Shown here one piece after another: positions 14,151 to 40,983 of a stretch of DNA of 64,000 nucleotides. Within the stretch, counting starts at the first letter, position 1. Each line of letters opens with the position of its first letter. The DNA comes from Amoebidium appalachense (lineage: Eukaryota; Protista; Ichthyosporea), in contig CAVNZM010000007.1 of the NCBI GenBank assembly GCA_963693365.1, positions 915,979 to 979,978 on the forward strand, read 5' to 3'. The notes beneath the pieces were generated by a model, which was not told the DNA's origin, ran no database searches, and saw only the letters and a list, made by a program, of their open reading frames with translations. The position numbers were made by a program, and so were the translations under genes.

Positions 14151-15546
14151 TGCCCCTCCTCTTCATCCTGCGCCATCCCTTCCTGCCTCGTATTATCTCC
14201 CTCCCCTCCCACCCCCCTCTCTCCCTCCCTCCCCCACTTCCCCCCTATCCCTTGGCCTCCTCCTAGGCTACTAGTAGTTGACAGCGAGCGGCCCCCGCTG
14301 ATGCCGCCTGATATTATCATTTCCCCCACCCCACCCCCCTCCCCCCCCCCCCCTTCCAATCCCCCCTCCCACAGGGGCCCTGCTCTCTCTCCCTCTACCG
14401 CCCCCTGAGGCATCATATCTGCCCCTTGAGGCCTCTCACGGCCCGGGCTGCTACACTTTGTTGCTCACTCGTTTCATACACTGTGGAAAAGTTTCCCATT
14501 CCTTGTTTGTCATTGGCAAACCATGACTCTCCAGTCGATCCAAGGCCATGCCCACTGTAAGTGTGCATGTGAGCACATCTGTCCTTAAACCGAAAAAGCC
14601 TATTTCCCTTATCTTCCATTTTTGCGTGTGGGGGCTCTTGTGCGTGTGTGTGTGTGTGTGTGACATAGCAGTGTGTGTGTGCTTGTGTGTTTGTGGGGTA
14701 TTTGATGCTTTTTGTGTCCGTGCGTGTCAGCAATTACGTGAATATGATTGTGTGTCACGGTGTGTGTTTGCGCCGCATGCATGCAATGTCAGTATGATGT
14801 GCGGGCATTATTCACTGACATGGTGAACGGTTTGAGAATTGACTCAGCCATGCCTGAAACTGAGTCACTCTGCATTGTAACTGTCAGAAGAGTCTGAGTC
14901 GATTTGTGTGCATGAGGAGGTATAGGAAAAAATGCTGCACAGAGGGAAAGCAAATATTTTTTTATTTTTTTTTATTTTTTGGGGGGGGGGGGAGGGAAAG
15001 GGGGAGGATGGGGAAGGGGGGTGGGGGGAGGGGAGGGGGGTAAAGTTTTTTTTTTTTTTTTCCCGGGGGAAGGGGGGAGGGGGGAGGGGGGGAGAGGGGG
15101 GGGGGGGGGGGAGGATCACATAACTCCTAGGCCTGTTCACCGTTCATTAATATTACCATGATTAAGACCCAAGAACAGTGCGGGCAGTGGCAATGTTATA
15201 TAGACCCACAAGAACCATGCCAGAAAGGACCCCCCCCATTCCCACTACCTCACCTCACCCTTATCACACAAGGATAGCAAAAAACTTTGCTGGTTTGATT
15301 TCTGCCTACTGCCACAGTGGGGAATATGGCACCTTCAGTCATATTTACTAGGCTGTTTGGCTTTTAGTACTTACAGTTTTGGGGCGGCATGTGCATGTGC
15401 CCGGGCGCGCGGGGAGGGGAGGGGGGGGGGGGGGGGAGGGGAGGGGGGAGAGGAGGGGGGGACAAAGGGGATATCAGGCCATAGGAGATAAGTTTACGGA
15501 CCTCAATGAATCACCACCATACACACACAAACACACGCACACACTG

Positions 15547-15579
<33 letters not shown>

Positions 15580-15580
15580 G

Positions 15581-15657
<77 letters not shown>

Positions 15658-15977
15658 CCGTGCTGAATCGTATGGAGGCCAAACTTCCTGTAACGTCTCC
15701 GGTGTCCCCCCCCCTCCCCCCCTCTCCCCCCCCCCCCCCCCCCCCCACCGCCGGGCACTCTTCTCCCCTTGCTCGTGTGTTTCGGCTCACATTTAGGGTA
15801 TTTTACATGCTCAGTGGATCTCTTGTGACGAAATAGGCAGCGGCTCCAAACTGGCTAAGTGCAGCCGGGGCCCCGGTTGGGTCGGGGAGGAGGATAGGAT
15901 GGGGAAGAGGCTGGGGGAGAGGGGGGAGGGGGGGGGCAGGAGGGCGGAGTAGGGGGAGGGGGGCGGGAGTAGAGAGG

Positions 15978-16069
15978 GGTGGAAGAGTGGAGAGGGGAAA
16001 GGGGAGGCCAGGGGACGGGGAGAGGGGAACCGTCCCCTGGCCTCCCTTTCCCCTCTCCACTCTTCCACC
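15978..16069. repeat. Near-perfect inverted repeat with arms of about 40 bp and an 11-nt loop
   Basis: GGTGGAAGAGTGGAGAGGGGAAAGGGGAGGCCAGGGGACGG (15978-16018) pairs with CCGTCCCCTGGCCTCCCTTTCCCCTCTCCACTCTTCCACC (16030-16069), with one bulged G. Confidence 0.9.
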
Positions 16070-17109
16070 GGGCCCCCGGCCGGCCCAAGGGGCCGGAAAG
16101 GAGTTTGGTGGTGGTGGTGGGAGGTGGTGGTGGTGGGAGGTGGGGAGGGGGGGAGGGGCAGGGGGGTCGTGTCATTTGTCTCTGAGGGACGGAAACGTTT
16201 TGACCACCGGATCTATGGAGAAAGGTCACTACACACGGCTAAATATTCACCCCCCCCCCCCCCCCCCCCCCCCTCCCTCCCTCCCCCCCTCCCCCCCCCC
16301 CCCCTCCCTCCCCCTCCCAACCCACTAAGAACGGACTCAACATATCATTCTTGTGGTGCGCGCAACAACATTAATGTTGTAAAAATTTTCACCGTTCAAT
16401 TCTTTTTTCGTTTTCTTTCTTTTTCCCTCCCCCCCCCCCCCTCCCCCCCCCCCCCCCCCCCTCCTCCCCCCCCCCCCCCCCCTCCCTCCCTCCCCGCTTC
16501 CCCGCTTCCCTTGGGCAGCTCCCCCCCTCCCGGGGGGCCCCCCGGGAGCATTCAACACGTTGAGTGTCCGGCTCATGGTTCCACCATATGCATAGGCAGC
16601 AAACACACACACACACATTATTAAATGCCCTTTGAATTTATAGATATCTTAAAATTGGAAGCTCTTTGGTGTGAGACCGACACTGATTCTCATGTGTGGA
16701 TACGTACTAGGACGTAATTAGGCCCTACCGTGACATGAACATATATCCGCTTTGTCGCAATTTCTCATGTAAACACAAAACAGGCTGGTTGGCAGTTGAA
16801 CCAAACCAAGGAAAGTTTCACACTGGAACTTTATGATGACATGAGATTTGGCAGTGCTGGCCGGGGCCTCTGTTCGAGGCGCCACCGTCGAATTTTTCCG
16901 GAAGGGCTTGGGCAGAGGGCTGGGGAAGAGCGAGTCTGAGAGACAACTTGGCGGGGGGGGGGGGGGGGGGGAGGGGGGGGGGGGGGGGGGGGGGAGGGCT
17001 TACAGAATCCTCCGGAGTCCGTACTTTATCTTACCCACTTACACAGTCCTCAGGAGCAAAAGGTACACGGTGGATCTGCCATTGTTTTGGGGATGGATTT
17101 GGTAGGAGT

Positions 17110-17254
17110 GGGGGTAGTTGGGGGGGTAGTTGGGGGGGTAGTTGGGGGGGTAGTTGGGGGGGTAGTTGGGGGGGTAGTTGGGGGGGTAGTTGGGGGGGTA
17201 GTTGGGGGGGTAGTTGGGGGGGTAGTTGGGGGGGGGGGGGGGGGGGGGGGGGGG
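17110..17254 (+). repeat. Tandem 12-bp G-rich repeat (TAGTTGGGGGGG)x10
   Basis: TAGTT recurs every 12 nt from 17115 to 17223 and then merges into poly(G). Confidence 0.95.
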
Positions 17255-18395
17255 AGCCTGTGACGTCTGGGTGCAAGCTGCACAGGCTCGAGTGCATGTG
17301 TGCTAACGGGGTTGCGGATTGGTCGCAGCGACGCTCATGCGTGTATGTGTACACATGCAACCAATGCCTAAGAACTCATGTTTGAAGCGCTCTGAGAGTG
17401 GGGAGGGGACATGAAAGGCGGTAAAGCAGGAGATATTATAAAACCAAAAAAAACGTTGAAGTAGCAATATCGCAATCTCGAAAACAATGATGTATGGACC
17501 AATAATTCTCGCGCGATCGCACGATTAGCCAAATATAGAGATTTGGGTGAGAAGTTTTTGCGCGCCAAAAAAAAAAGTTTTTAACAAACTAAAAAAAAAG
17601 TAGGAATATTTCACATTTACATGGAGGCTTACTGGCAACTGCTGGAAGTAACCTGGCAGCCTGCTGCTCAAAATTTTATTCCTTTTTGGTGTCCTCTTAA
17701 TTCTATAACTAAAGCAACCATAATATCCGAAAATGAACTGACTGGAGACTTACATACACATCGCACAATTATTCAGGTATAGGAAGGTGTTCGTATTATT
17801 CATGCATATTCGATTCTCTGATGGGTGTTGTACATATTAATACGCATATGTAAGCTCAATATCATCGATGCGTCGAAATAACCCTATAGAGTCACAACAA
17901 CCTACTAATATTATTACCAAATACCATAACTCAGCAGTTTTCGTATATTGAAGGATTCCCCCGATCTCTACACGATTCATACTACACGACCGGAGATTTG
18001 GCTGTAAGTGAGCCTAACTAGTACACAAGGCAAAAAAGGGGAATGATAACGGGAAGCGCACATAGAACAATATATCTACAGAATAATCTAAGGAAAAAAA
18101 CGAAACAGTTAGATGATAAGTCATACTTGGGAATATCACACGGTATGTACATGCCATTACACCATTGGTTCCTTATCACGTGCTAGAGGTGCTGTGTACT
18201 GGTACGCCTGTACGGGCACACCTACGCCTGTTGATGATTCGTCGGAAGTCACACGGGAATTTCATTGTGGGGGGTGGGCGGGGAGAGTCGACTGGTATGC
18301 CGTGGAGGTGAGGGAGGCTGGTTTTGTTTCTGTGTGAAAAAGATTGGTGTGAATATGCTGGCAGAAACGTGAATCGTTGAAGCTCGTGCTTAAAT

Positions 18396-18445
<50 letters not shown>

Positions 18446-18447
<2 letters not shown>

Positions 18448-18540
18448 GAACGCGTCATAAAGTACGAAGTACACAAGAACAACGGATAACACGATGCAGA
18501 GTGCAAACCATACATAAAGAGAATGCAAAATAAACAGAGC

Positions 18541-18582
<42 letters not shown>

Positions 18583-18759
18583 TGCGGAACACGTTACGAA
18601 GTACACATACACGATGAGAAGCATGGTGCAGGACATATGCAAAGGGAAACATTCAAGTATGCAACATCAGCAATGCGCACGGTATGAGTCATAAGCAGAG
18701 CCCATCCTCAGGGAGGGCCTAAGTTATCAATTGCGTCTGATTTTCGGCCCCTGAGCCCC
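18446..18759 (-). repeat. Two tandem copies (18446-18542 and 18582-18759) of the poly(C)-terminated interspersed repeat
   Basis: Their reverse complements match the copies at 31968-32089/43284-43433 (subtype A) and 38612-38795 (subtype B). Confidence 0.85.
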
Positions 18760-18914
18760 GGGGGGGGGGGGGGGAGGGAGGGGGGAAGGACACACGCGCG
18801 CATGCGTGCACACCCAGGTACGCACGCATGCACATCCCCCCGCCCGCACAGACACAACCCCAGAGACACACACGCGCGTCAGTGCATACTAACAAGCGCA
18901 TAGCATGAATAGAG

Positions 18915-19374
18915 TCAATCCTCAGGCTGGCCCAAGTAACCTAAAATACCGGGTTTTTGACCAAGTTATTTAGGGATTGTAAAGGGAAAGGGAGGGGGGG
19001 GGGGGGGGGGGGATAGACGATATGTAACGGCACAAAAACACGTACAAGAAATTGTACCAAGAGCGGCGTTCAACAATTTGTAGTACATGCAGCTTATTGA
19101 GAGAACACATGCTAGAAACACAACATTAACAACAACACCAACTTGAAAAAAGGTTCCATGTATGTGTGTGTGTGTGCCACGGTGTTTGGTATGTGCGTGA
19201 ATGACTAGTATGTGTGTGTGTGTGTGTGTTTGTTGTGCGGATGTTCGCGTAAATGAGTGAGTGAGTGAGTGAGTGAGTGAGTGAGTGAGTGAGTGAGTGA
19301 GTGAGTGAGTGAGTGAGTGAGTGAGTGAGTGTGTGTGCACGCGCGCGCGCATGCACGTGCATGTGGGTCTGTGT

Positions 19375-19405
<31 letters not shown>

Positions 19406-19726
19406 GGGGGGAGGGAGGTGGGGGGAAAGGGGCTAAATACCCATCTTGAAGGCTGCACGGGTGCCCAATTCTTCAGCAGCCCAAATCTCTGTGTGCCAGT
19501 GAGAATACTCAGCCCCCGAAGATTGGATCGTGTCTCCCCGCCATACCACAATGCCTAGATAAGTTGTGTACTGAACTGATCCATAGTCTGCAGTACGACT
19601 TAATACCGCCCGATACTGCTCCAGCGCACACAGTGGGAGATGATATGGTGGGGGTGAAGGAAGTTGTAGAGCATCAGGATGAAGAAGGAGAGGTTGATCA
19701 CTCCTAGAAGCCTGATGTTGGAAAAC
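18915..19726 (-). CDS. Putative last two exons (19726-19441 and 18940-18915) of an unidentified gene ending in a dsRBD-like domain
   Basis: The acceptor ttttacag| opens 95 stop-free codons: VFQHQASRSDQPLLLHPDALQLPSPPPYHLPLCALEQYRAVLSRTADYGSVQYTTYLGIVVWRGDTIQSSGAEYSHWHTEIWAAEELGTRAAFKM-G|gtattt. This is phase-compatible with tattttag|GT-YLGQPED*. The dsRBD resemblance was judged by eye only. Confidence 0.35.
19254..19330. repeat. (TGAG)n tetranucleotide microsatellite
   Basis: Perfect TGAG run. Confidence 0.95.
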
Positions 19727-19814
19727 CTGTAAAAAGAAATTGAAAAAAGATGGTGTGTGTGTGTGTGGGTTGGGGGTGAGGGTTGGGGTTTGTGGGATGG
19801 CGGGGGAGGGGGGG

Positions 19815-19855
<41 letters not shown>

Positions 19856-19887
19856 CGGGCAGTGTTTGGGAGTGTGCCCGCACTTGC

Positions 19888-20190
<303 letters not shown>

Positions 20191-22540
20191 ATTGCGTGGA
20201 GTCACTGCCGGGGGCCCAGCCACACTCGACGGCCTACTGCGTTTTCCAGACATATGTACATGCTAGGCAACCATTAGCGCCATCGTAGTATACGACACCC
20301 CTATTACATATTATGGGTAAGCAGAGGCTAGCATCGGTAGCTCCGAAAGAAAGTTAAGGCACCGTATCTATTGTAGTCATAGGAGGACACGATTGGGATA
20401 GGTTGATTGTTCAGGATGTATCGAGATTTAGGCCAGTGGCAAGTAATATATCAATCCGTAGGGTATTGTGAAACATAATTTCTGGTATAGCGATACTGTA
20501 TTTTACAATACAGAGTTACTGCAAATTCAATTGTTGCATACACAAGGAGAACTTGAAAGGGTCTCACTAATTCCCTATCTCAATAAAGTCATAAAAAAAA
20601 AAAAATTCCCGGTACCCCACTCCCAGTCAAAAAGAAGTCTCGGGGGATCCAGTGGGTGCGCTTTGGCCCAATCAGCGGTCGTGCTTGCCCTTGCGAATTA
20701 TTCCGCCGAGCCTCCGAGTTGGCACGCCGGGCCCAAAAGCAACTTGGCAAGCCTGCATGCTCCTCTCTAAACAAAACCAACCAAAAAAAAAGGAGGGGGT
20801 GCGGATCAAACGCCCCTTGCAAAGTAGGAAAACTATAGGCTACTCTGCGTGACTTAATGTGTATTATTTGTTCTTACGGCGGCAGAAGGCTACAGTCAGG
20901 GCTCGGCCGCGTTGCCCACTGGCAGACTTCTATGCACAACGCACGGCACGCCGTCGCCGCGGTCGTCAGAAGTGTAACTGTGTAAGGTTCTCTGGTGAGT
21001 CACTCATTGGTCATTTAATTTGGGCTATTAGACGCTCTTAATCCGTGACTTTACTAATTTAGTACTGTTATAGGTACTACTGTACGGGTGACACGCAAGG
21101 CCTCCTAAATAGGAGGTGTAGGTACGCTATTTGGAGGCCATGGTGACAGTGTGACACGAACCTTACAAGGCTTACATGAACGGTTGAACCCATTATGTAT
21201 GCCATACCTGGCAGACAACAGCCGTGACGAGGCCACCGTATGCGTACTTGTCTGACTAATAATGGTAGGCCGTAAACTCTTGGTAAACCCCTCAGGTCAG
21301 CAGCAAGCCTTTGTTGCAGTGTGCGGTGGAGAGTAAACACTAGCATACTAAGAAGAGCCCGTTCGAGTCTCCTCCGGCCGGAGGTTCCTCTCCTTCGCCA
21401 TCCCCTCTCCCTTCACTCCCCAAGGCCCCCCCTCTCTCAGGCCGTTTGTACACACGAGCACTTGAGCATGTCAATCTGTCCACCAAGCTCGTCCACTCCT
21501 TCAGTGCGTTTATGACATGAAGCAAGAAAACAGAATACGTTTGTACCTGCTGCTCAATGCCTGCCTCTTTTGAGCAACCTTTTGGGCCTTTGGAAACACT
21601 TGTGCACAAGGCTTACATTGGAAAATACATGTTTGTTTTTTTTTCCACGGTACGCGTCAACACGCAGTGCCTGAAGTGCGCACGTGCACACAGGAATCCA
21701 GACATAGTACGGGCCATGGCCCTGGAAAGCTGTTGCTCAGTGCTACCTCAAGAGGATAGCTCCTATGTTAGGAGTTGGAGTCGACTTCCGAAGTGACTAA
21801 TAATGTGACTCTCCCGTACCCGGTCGAAAAATAGCAAAGTAGGATTTTCACACGGCAGCCTGAGCTGGAGGGCACAGTCATAATCACAAGGTAGTTTGTG
21901 TCAAACTAAATCCATCATCAGTTAGAGCAAACACGCCGTGCGGATGTTGACAATCTCTAAGCAATCACATTCACTAGAACAGATTGATGACTAATCAGGG
22001 CGCCCGGCCAAGCACACACACCAAGAAACACCTGATCACCACACGGCAAAGCTTTTTTGACCAGGCCTGGCCCGGCTGGTAATGATAGCGTAAATATTTC
22101 ACCCCGGATGACAACCAGAAGTTTGTGTGATCGTAACGTCATGCCTCGACTCTGGGCACTGTTTCTGCAGGATGTACATGTTCCAAAACTTTGTGTACAA
22201 ATTCCAATGCAAGTACATGTCACTGCTATCTGCCTGTCAGACTGCTCTGAGCAAACCGACCAGATTGAAAACCGCAGCACACTCAGTGGTGTGTGCACTA
22301 TTTGTGTGTTAGTGGAATAAGCTCTTATTTAAGGTAGAGAACGAAGAATGAAGAGCGGTCCCCAGTTTCGATTCGGTTGTGATGGTGCTCGTCAGAACAT
22401 CTGTTCAGAGAAAAGTTATACGGTAGCTACAGCTCGATGTGTCGTGGCAGGAATATCGCACACCGTGGTATTGGTGCACAAAAGCATGCAAGCAACCACA
22501 CTAACATACCACCGTGCGTGAGCAAATTACGCTTGCCATG

Positions 22541-22574
<34 letters not shown>

Positions 22575-24360
22575 ATCTTGGACGTGCACATGTCCAGAAG
22601 GCGGAGCTACATACGTGCAGACTGCAGAAACCCTTGTCAACACACCACCTGTATAGCCGAAGACCCCTGAAGCAACACTCGAATAAATTTTTTGAATGTC
22701 TAAGTAGATTATAAGGTTTGAGTATAATAATCATAATAATAATACATGTTCACTTTTGCATCGCTCATGCCCTTGTGTCGGCTTTCGCAGGCCACGCTGC
22801 CAAGGACCAGTCTCACTCTGCCCATGCCTGCATCATGCACACGTGATCTGTTTTTTAAAAAACTTCCACGATTTTCCTTCAAACGCTCGGCCACCAGCTT
22901 GCCACATATGCATTGCGCTACAAAACGGGCGGTGGACACACAGCTGTACAGCCACGCACAATATCAACACAACCGTTGTGGTGCTTTGCATATATATGTA
23001 CAACCAGGGTTAGTACTACACATTGAAATAGATACACCCACCATTGCTATGTAACATCTCAGACTGGGCATGGGTTTAAATTTATCATACGGTGGTAATA
23101 CTGCACAAACAAGTCCAGCACACATCATAACCTATGATAATAATTAGCATATATATGGCATCCATCCATTTGCACTTTTCTAGCACAGTGCGGCACCTTG
23201 CAACTGTCCTTTTATTTAATGATGTCAGTATGATTACAGTCTGTAGTAGGAGGGGGCCATAAGCTGTTACTGCGCACATTATTCACGAACCATTTATTGG
23301 CCACATATCATTGGTCAAGCTCAACCAATCTGAGACCTGTTGCGTATATACCTGATGCTATACTAGACTACACGTATATACAACCATACGATCACACATG
23401 TACACGGAAACGATCATAATATGTGTTAGAGCCATATTATAGCCATATTAACACCGTACTATTTACTTGCACGGTTTTTCCTTACATATGAACAACATGC
23501 AGGCCCGGGGGCACTTGCAGACAGATACGTAAAATCACACCGTCAAGTATACGACTGGGAATAACATTGTTTCTATGTAACATCATCACTCTCCAGCTGA
23601 CACCAATACCGATCATACATTGTAGCGCTCCTGTACACATTCCGCCTTCATACAAAAATCGACAAGTAAAATATATACACACATGTAACTGTTCTTGCTT
23701 ACACGTGCACGCTGTGTGCAAATGTGTGCGTATGCATGCTGCACCCACCCAAAACGACTATGTAAGATAGGAATACACACACCCCCTATCCACGAAACTA
23801 TTTCCTGTATGCTCAGATGGCGTTTATAATGATAAAAAACCCCCGTTACATCTCGAAGTATGTTGTATATCTCGTAAAAGCATTATCTATCTACATATGT
23901 ACCTCAATCGGTGAAAGTACTGTTAGCCTTGGTGCCGGCTGGTTGATCTCAGCACCACAATGTCATATATACCGATAAAAACAGTATATTCCCCGCTTAT
24001 GCTCTGTTGTTTACGTGCTCACATCAGGGTGACCTGAGGAAAATAGTTTCCGTGTTAAGGTGAAGCAAAGCAAAAAAGCAGCGGGGCGGGGGGGGGGGGG
24101 GGGGGGGAGGGGGGGGGGGGTTGTTACGCGGTAAAATAACGACGCCGTTGTGAACAATGAGAATGGGAATGAAGGAGATGCGCGGGTAGAGGGGGGAGGG
24201 TGGGAGGGTAATGCAAGGCACCATTCAAGGGTCTTTAAGTGTTATGGATTGGTAAGAAAGGGGGAGGAAAAAAAAAAAAAAAGAAAAAGTGAATAGGCAC
24301 GGTAGAGAGGGAGAAGGGGCAAGCCCAGGAAGGACTCCGTGGGGGCCTGTGTGTGTGTGT

Positions 24361-24422
<62 letters not shown>

Positions 24423-24940
24423 GGGTCGGTGGACCGTGAAAGAGCTTGGAGAGTCACGGAAACACCCGTATGCGCCATGCCCCCCCCCCCCCCCCTCCTC
24501 CCACTTCCCCGAGGCCCCCCCTCCCCCCCCCCCCCCCCCCAACCCAGCTCTCTTCCCCTGCAGCTCTGCTTCCTGCATGTGCGCACTCAGAGATGCCAAC
24601 AGGATGCAAGGCCTACAGCGAAAAAGACACAGCAGTTTGCGGTGAACACGGGCAAGAAGCGAACTTGATTCAATTGGCGCAGACAGAAGGGGCCAATTTC
24701 GTTTTCCGTTTCATTCCACATATCCTACCTGGTCACTTCTCAGTTGGTATTCGGAGTGAAATTGGAAGGAGGATTGGGGGAAAGGGGAAAGGGGGGAAGG
24801 TTGAGGGAGGGAGGGAGGGAGGGAGGGAGGAAGGGAGGGATGAAGAGAGGGGATGGGGGGGATGAGGGAGGGGGGGGGGGGGGGGGGGGGGAGGGAAGGG
24901 GGGGGGGGGGGGGGGGGGGGAAGGGGGCTTGGTTCGATAC

Positions 24941-28652
<3,712 letters not shown>

Positions 28653-29391
28653 GACTGAAACTATGGGTGAGGGAGGTGCGCACGGTTATGGAAACTAGTG
28701 AACGGCTTGTGACGTGCAACGCATGCGCCGTGCCCTTAAGACGTAAGCCCCTCTCTTTCTAGCCTAGTGTTCAAAAGAGCTGGCAGAAAGGGGTTTACAC
28801 ACTATTTGTGAATACATTTGGGTTTCAAAGATTATTCAATGTTTCGGTGATACGAGGAGTGCAAAAACTAAATATTCTCAGAAGGGGCACCGAAGCTGGG
28901 CGTGAAATAGATCTGAGACTGTCTCTCTATGCTCTGCGCTCGACATGCCAGTAAGCAGGACCTCTTGCTCTTGCATGTAAAGCACACCCTCATAACTTAT
29001 AAAATTAGAATAACATGTGGCAATAGAATATCTTGACAGCATATTGCCATGAAGTAATGGCATGCACACGTATTCCCATATGATGACAGCTTTGTTTACA
29101 CTTTATAGAGCTTTCAATTTACCCTGCTCTAAACGGGCTGCATACGATTGGCTAAAAAGAACGAGGAGTCCGCCAAAACTTTTCAAACCCCCAAAAAAGA
29201 CTTACTCAGTGCCACCGAACAAAAGTCCTGACTAAAGGTTGCAAAACCAAAACTCGCCTTCTCTTTAGGCACGGTGCGTGTCGGACTTCGTTCCCCACAG
29301 AGCCTAGGCTTCTACTCACGTTTCGGCACAGGAGCAAAGCGTTGGCATAACTATAGCGTAAAGCACAACCCACAGATCTACGGGAGAAAAA
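28653..29391. promoter_or_regulatory. Probable bidirectional promoter between the synaptogyrin-like and DnaJ genes
   Basis: Divergent ATGs (28652 on -, 29392 on +) are separated by 739 bp free of microsatellites. CCAAT box (ATTGG) at 29147; TGACGT at about 28709. Confidence 0.6.
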
Positions 29392-38321
<8,930 letters not shown>

Positions 38322-38611
38322 CCCCCCCCCCCCCCCATTCAAACCCCCCCAGTTTTCTTTCAGAGGTGTCCTTTCAGGACAGACCACTGTGTGGAGACCG
38401 CTTTACTTCCATGCAACCGGGCATGGTTGCTCTGTGTCGTGCATCTGTAACCACATACACATTTTTCGCTGCACTGCATTAGTTTGCACACACATCTGCA
38501 TCGTTTTGCTCACCTTGCTTGCATAAGCAACCCTGCTCGTCTTTGATCAAGACGGGTTGACCCGCCCAAGTGCAGTTGATGCTGCTGTCTGAGTTGGAGC
38601 GTCGTATATAC

Positions 38612-38957
38612 GCGGGCTAAGGGGTCGAAACTCAGACGCAATTGATGACTTGGGTCCTCCCTGAGGATGGGCTCTGCTTATGACGCATACTGTGCACATG
38701 GCTGATGATGCATACTTGAATGTTTGCCTTTGCATGTGTCCTGCACCATGCTTCTCGTCGTGTATGTGTACTTCGTACCGTTTTCCGCATTCAAACCCCC
38801 CCCCCCCCCCCCCCAAACCCCACTCCTCTCGTGAGTACGTGCTTCATTTTCTTGTAACGCATTCCCCAATCCATTGTGATGCATACTTTTGTGTGTTTAT
38901 AGAAAATCTGCGGTGTGCTATCCTCGTCGTAAGGGTGTACTTCGCACTCTGTAATCG

Positions 38958-38994
<37 letters not shown>

Positions 38995-39108
38995 TCCCTT
39001 CCCGGTGCATGCTGTGTGACAATCACGTGTGGGTATGGTTTGGTATTCTACAGCTGATTCTGGTGCATGGCTGTATTCTTTGTACTAGCGTGTTGTGAAG
39101 CACCTCCC

Positions 39109-39144
<36 letters not shown>

Positions 39145-39250
39145 CCCCTCCCCGCCCTTCTTCCCCGAAGATGGGCTCTGCATTTGATGTGCTCTCTTTT
39201 ATGTTTGCTTGCCAAACTCTGCTTTCGTTGTCTGTCCTGGATGTGTACTG
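38612..39250 (+). repeat. Cluster of the poly(C)-terminated repeat: subtype B at 38612-38795 plus degraded copies at about 38870-38958 and 39165-39250
   Basis: GGTCGAAACTCAGACGCAATTGATGACTTGGGTCCTCCCTGAGGATGGGCTCTGC...CGCATTCAAA plus poly(C) matches the reverse complement of 18582-18759. Confidence 0.8.
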
Positions 39251-39916
39251 CATTATCTACACTAAAAAGACGTCTCGGACTTTTAGCCGAATTCCGGAAA
39301 TTGGGGGCGCTTGGGCTGACTTGAAGAGCACGAAAACCCCTATGAAGGCACAACAATGGACTGAAAACTAACAAATAATATCAAATACATGTATGAGAGA
39401 AGGATTAAATCAACAAACATAAGGACTTCATAGGGATTAATAAACAAAAAAAGTGTCCCAAAATCCACCCGCGACGCACATACGTGTCGGGGCTCTGAAA
39501 CATTGTACGGAATATGCAACGGGCCGATATTTTCAAGGGCGACTCCGTGAAAAAAGATCGTGATGATTGCGTTTTCGGTATCAACATTATTGATGGTTGC
39601 AATCAAGAATGGAACGCACAAATAAATGAGTGAATTCGGCAAAAACTTTAAAACAGATTCCAAATACTATTGGAGACTTATAGGCGTGATTTTTTAAGAA
39701 ATATGAAGGCCAATCGTTAGAGTGAGAGCCCTTCAAGCGGGCGTCACCGGTTTTCCTAATTTCTGTTAATTAACGCCAATCACAACAGAGGAAAATACCA
39801 GGGGTTGCAATACCGTCCGAAATCGTCGTATTTTTTTTTCTTTTGACTGGATTTATTCGACGGAAAGATATGCAAGTATGCACGGCATACTGAGAAGACA
39901 ATAATTACTTCACGAG

Positions 39917-40780
39917 TTATCCAGTAACAAGTGCATACTGAGATACCTGAACACTTTGAAAATCATATAAATACTCAATGTGACGACCAACAGAATTCAA
40001 CAAAAAGTCTAAAGTGTTCACATTGCCAGCTAGTGTAGCAGATACCCGGAGGGAAAGAGGTAAAACGCGACATAAAAATTCACACCTATCAACATGCTTG
40101 CGATTAAAAAGGTCAGCACAAAAGTGGCACCAGCGGCGATGAAAACAAGAATTACAGCGCCACTGCACAACTGCCCAGGCAATATCAACATCAGAGCACT
40201 ATACAGACTTATCTACTAGGGTGGTATCCATACGTACAGCAGGAGAAATGTATCCTGCCAAAGCTCCCAAAAAGCGATAATGATCAGTACGGTGTTGCCT
40301 AAGGAACATAACACATGCCGACTGAGTTTTACCTTTGATTTCTCTATCAGAACGAGAAAGAAACTTAAACTGCGTATGGTAATAACGCGAAAAGGCAGAA
40401 AAAACAGGAAGAGAAAAGAAAGAGGGAGTGAAATAGCGAGAGGAAGAATCAGGTTGAAAGAGGGTAGGCTGAGGACATTCAGAAGTAGCGTTGGTGAATC
40501 GGGGGGGAAGAGGGATGGAGGGAGGGGGGGGGAAGAAAGCATAAAGAGGGTGACCATCAGGTATCCTGACTAAATGAAAACAAAAACGAAGAGACAATTC
40601 CTCCATACGACAAACAGCAGACGACAATCCAAACATACTGATTAAGGAAGGCACAAACCGAGTACGAAACAAAGTGCGCAGCGCAGTACCCTGAAAATCG
40701 TCGAACTCTTCCAGCGCCACGGCCGCCTCGCGAGGTGGGGCGCAGGCCAATAGCGTATTACGATTATAAAAGCCCCCCAA
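39917..40780 (-). mobile_element. Non-LTR retrotransposon 3' remnant (RT C-terminal region and Cys/His knuckle), pseudogenised
   Basis: SMFGLSSAVCRMEELSLRFCFHL...HPLY aligns with SIYGLVPIAARVSYLALKFNKHI...HPLF at 61.4 kb. After one in-frame TAG (40199-40201) the frame continues AVVQWRCN...CHFC.DLFNRKHVDRC...TLDFLLN, paralleling AIQWRSN...QFNRSCIAKC...ILDFILN at 61.9-62.1 kb. Confidence 0.72.
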
Positions 40781-40941
40781 TACGATTAAACTGAGGCATC
40801 CAATCAGTAGATACGACCGTAAAGGGCGCCAAAATGTCCGAAATTTGTCGAAATACGATTACGAGCGCCAAACCCTGGCAGCCCTGGAAAAGACCCGCCT
40901 TCGAGCGCACTGCCAGTCCGATCGCTCGATCCCTGTGGCCT

Positions 40942-40983
<42 letters not shown>

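Noticed and set aside
40199-40201. In-frame TAG as stop-codon recoding
   Set aside because: It occurs in a truncated retroelement remnant, and host genes end at standard TAA/TAG stops with no internal stops.
40944-40982. Poly(T) run as the poly(A) tail of the 40 kb LINE
   Set aside because: It lies on the 5' side of the minus-strand element. It is more likely a polypyrimidine tract (followed by GGTTGCAG) or an unrelated tail.
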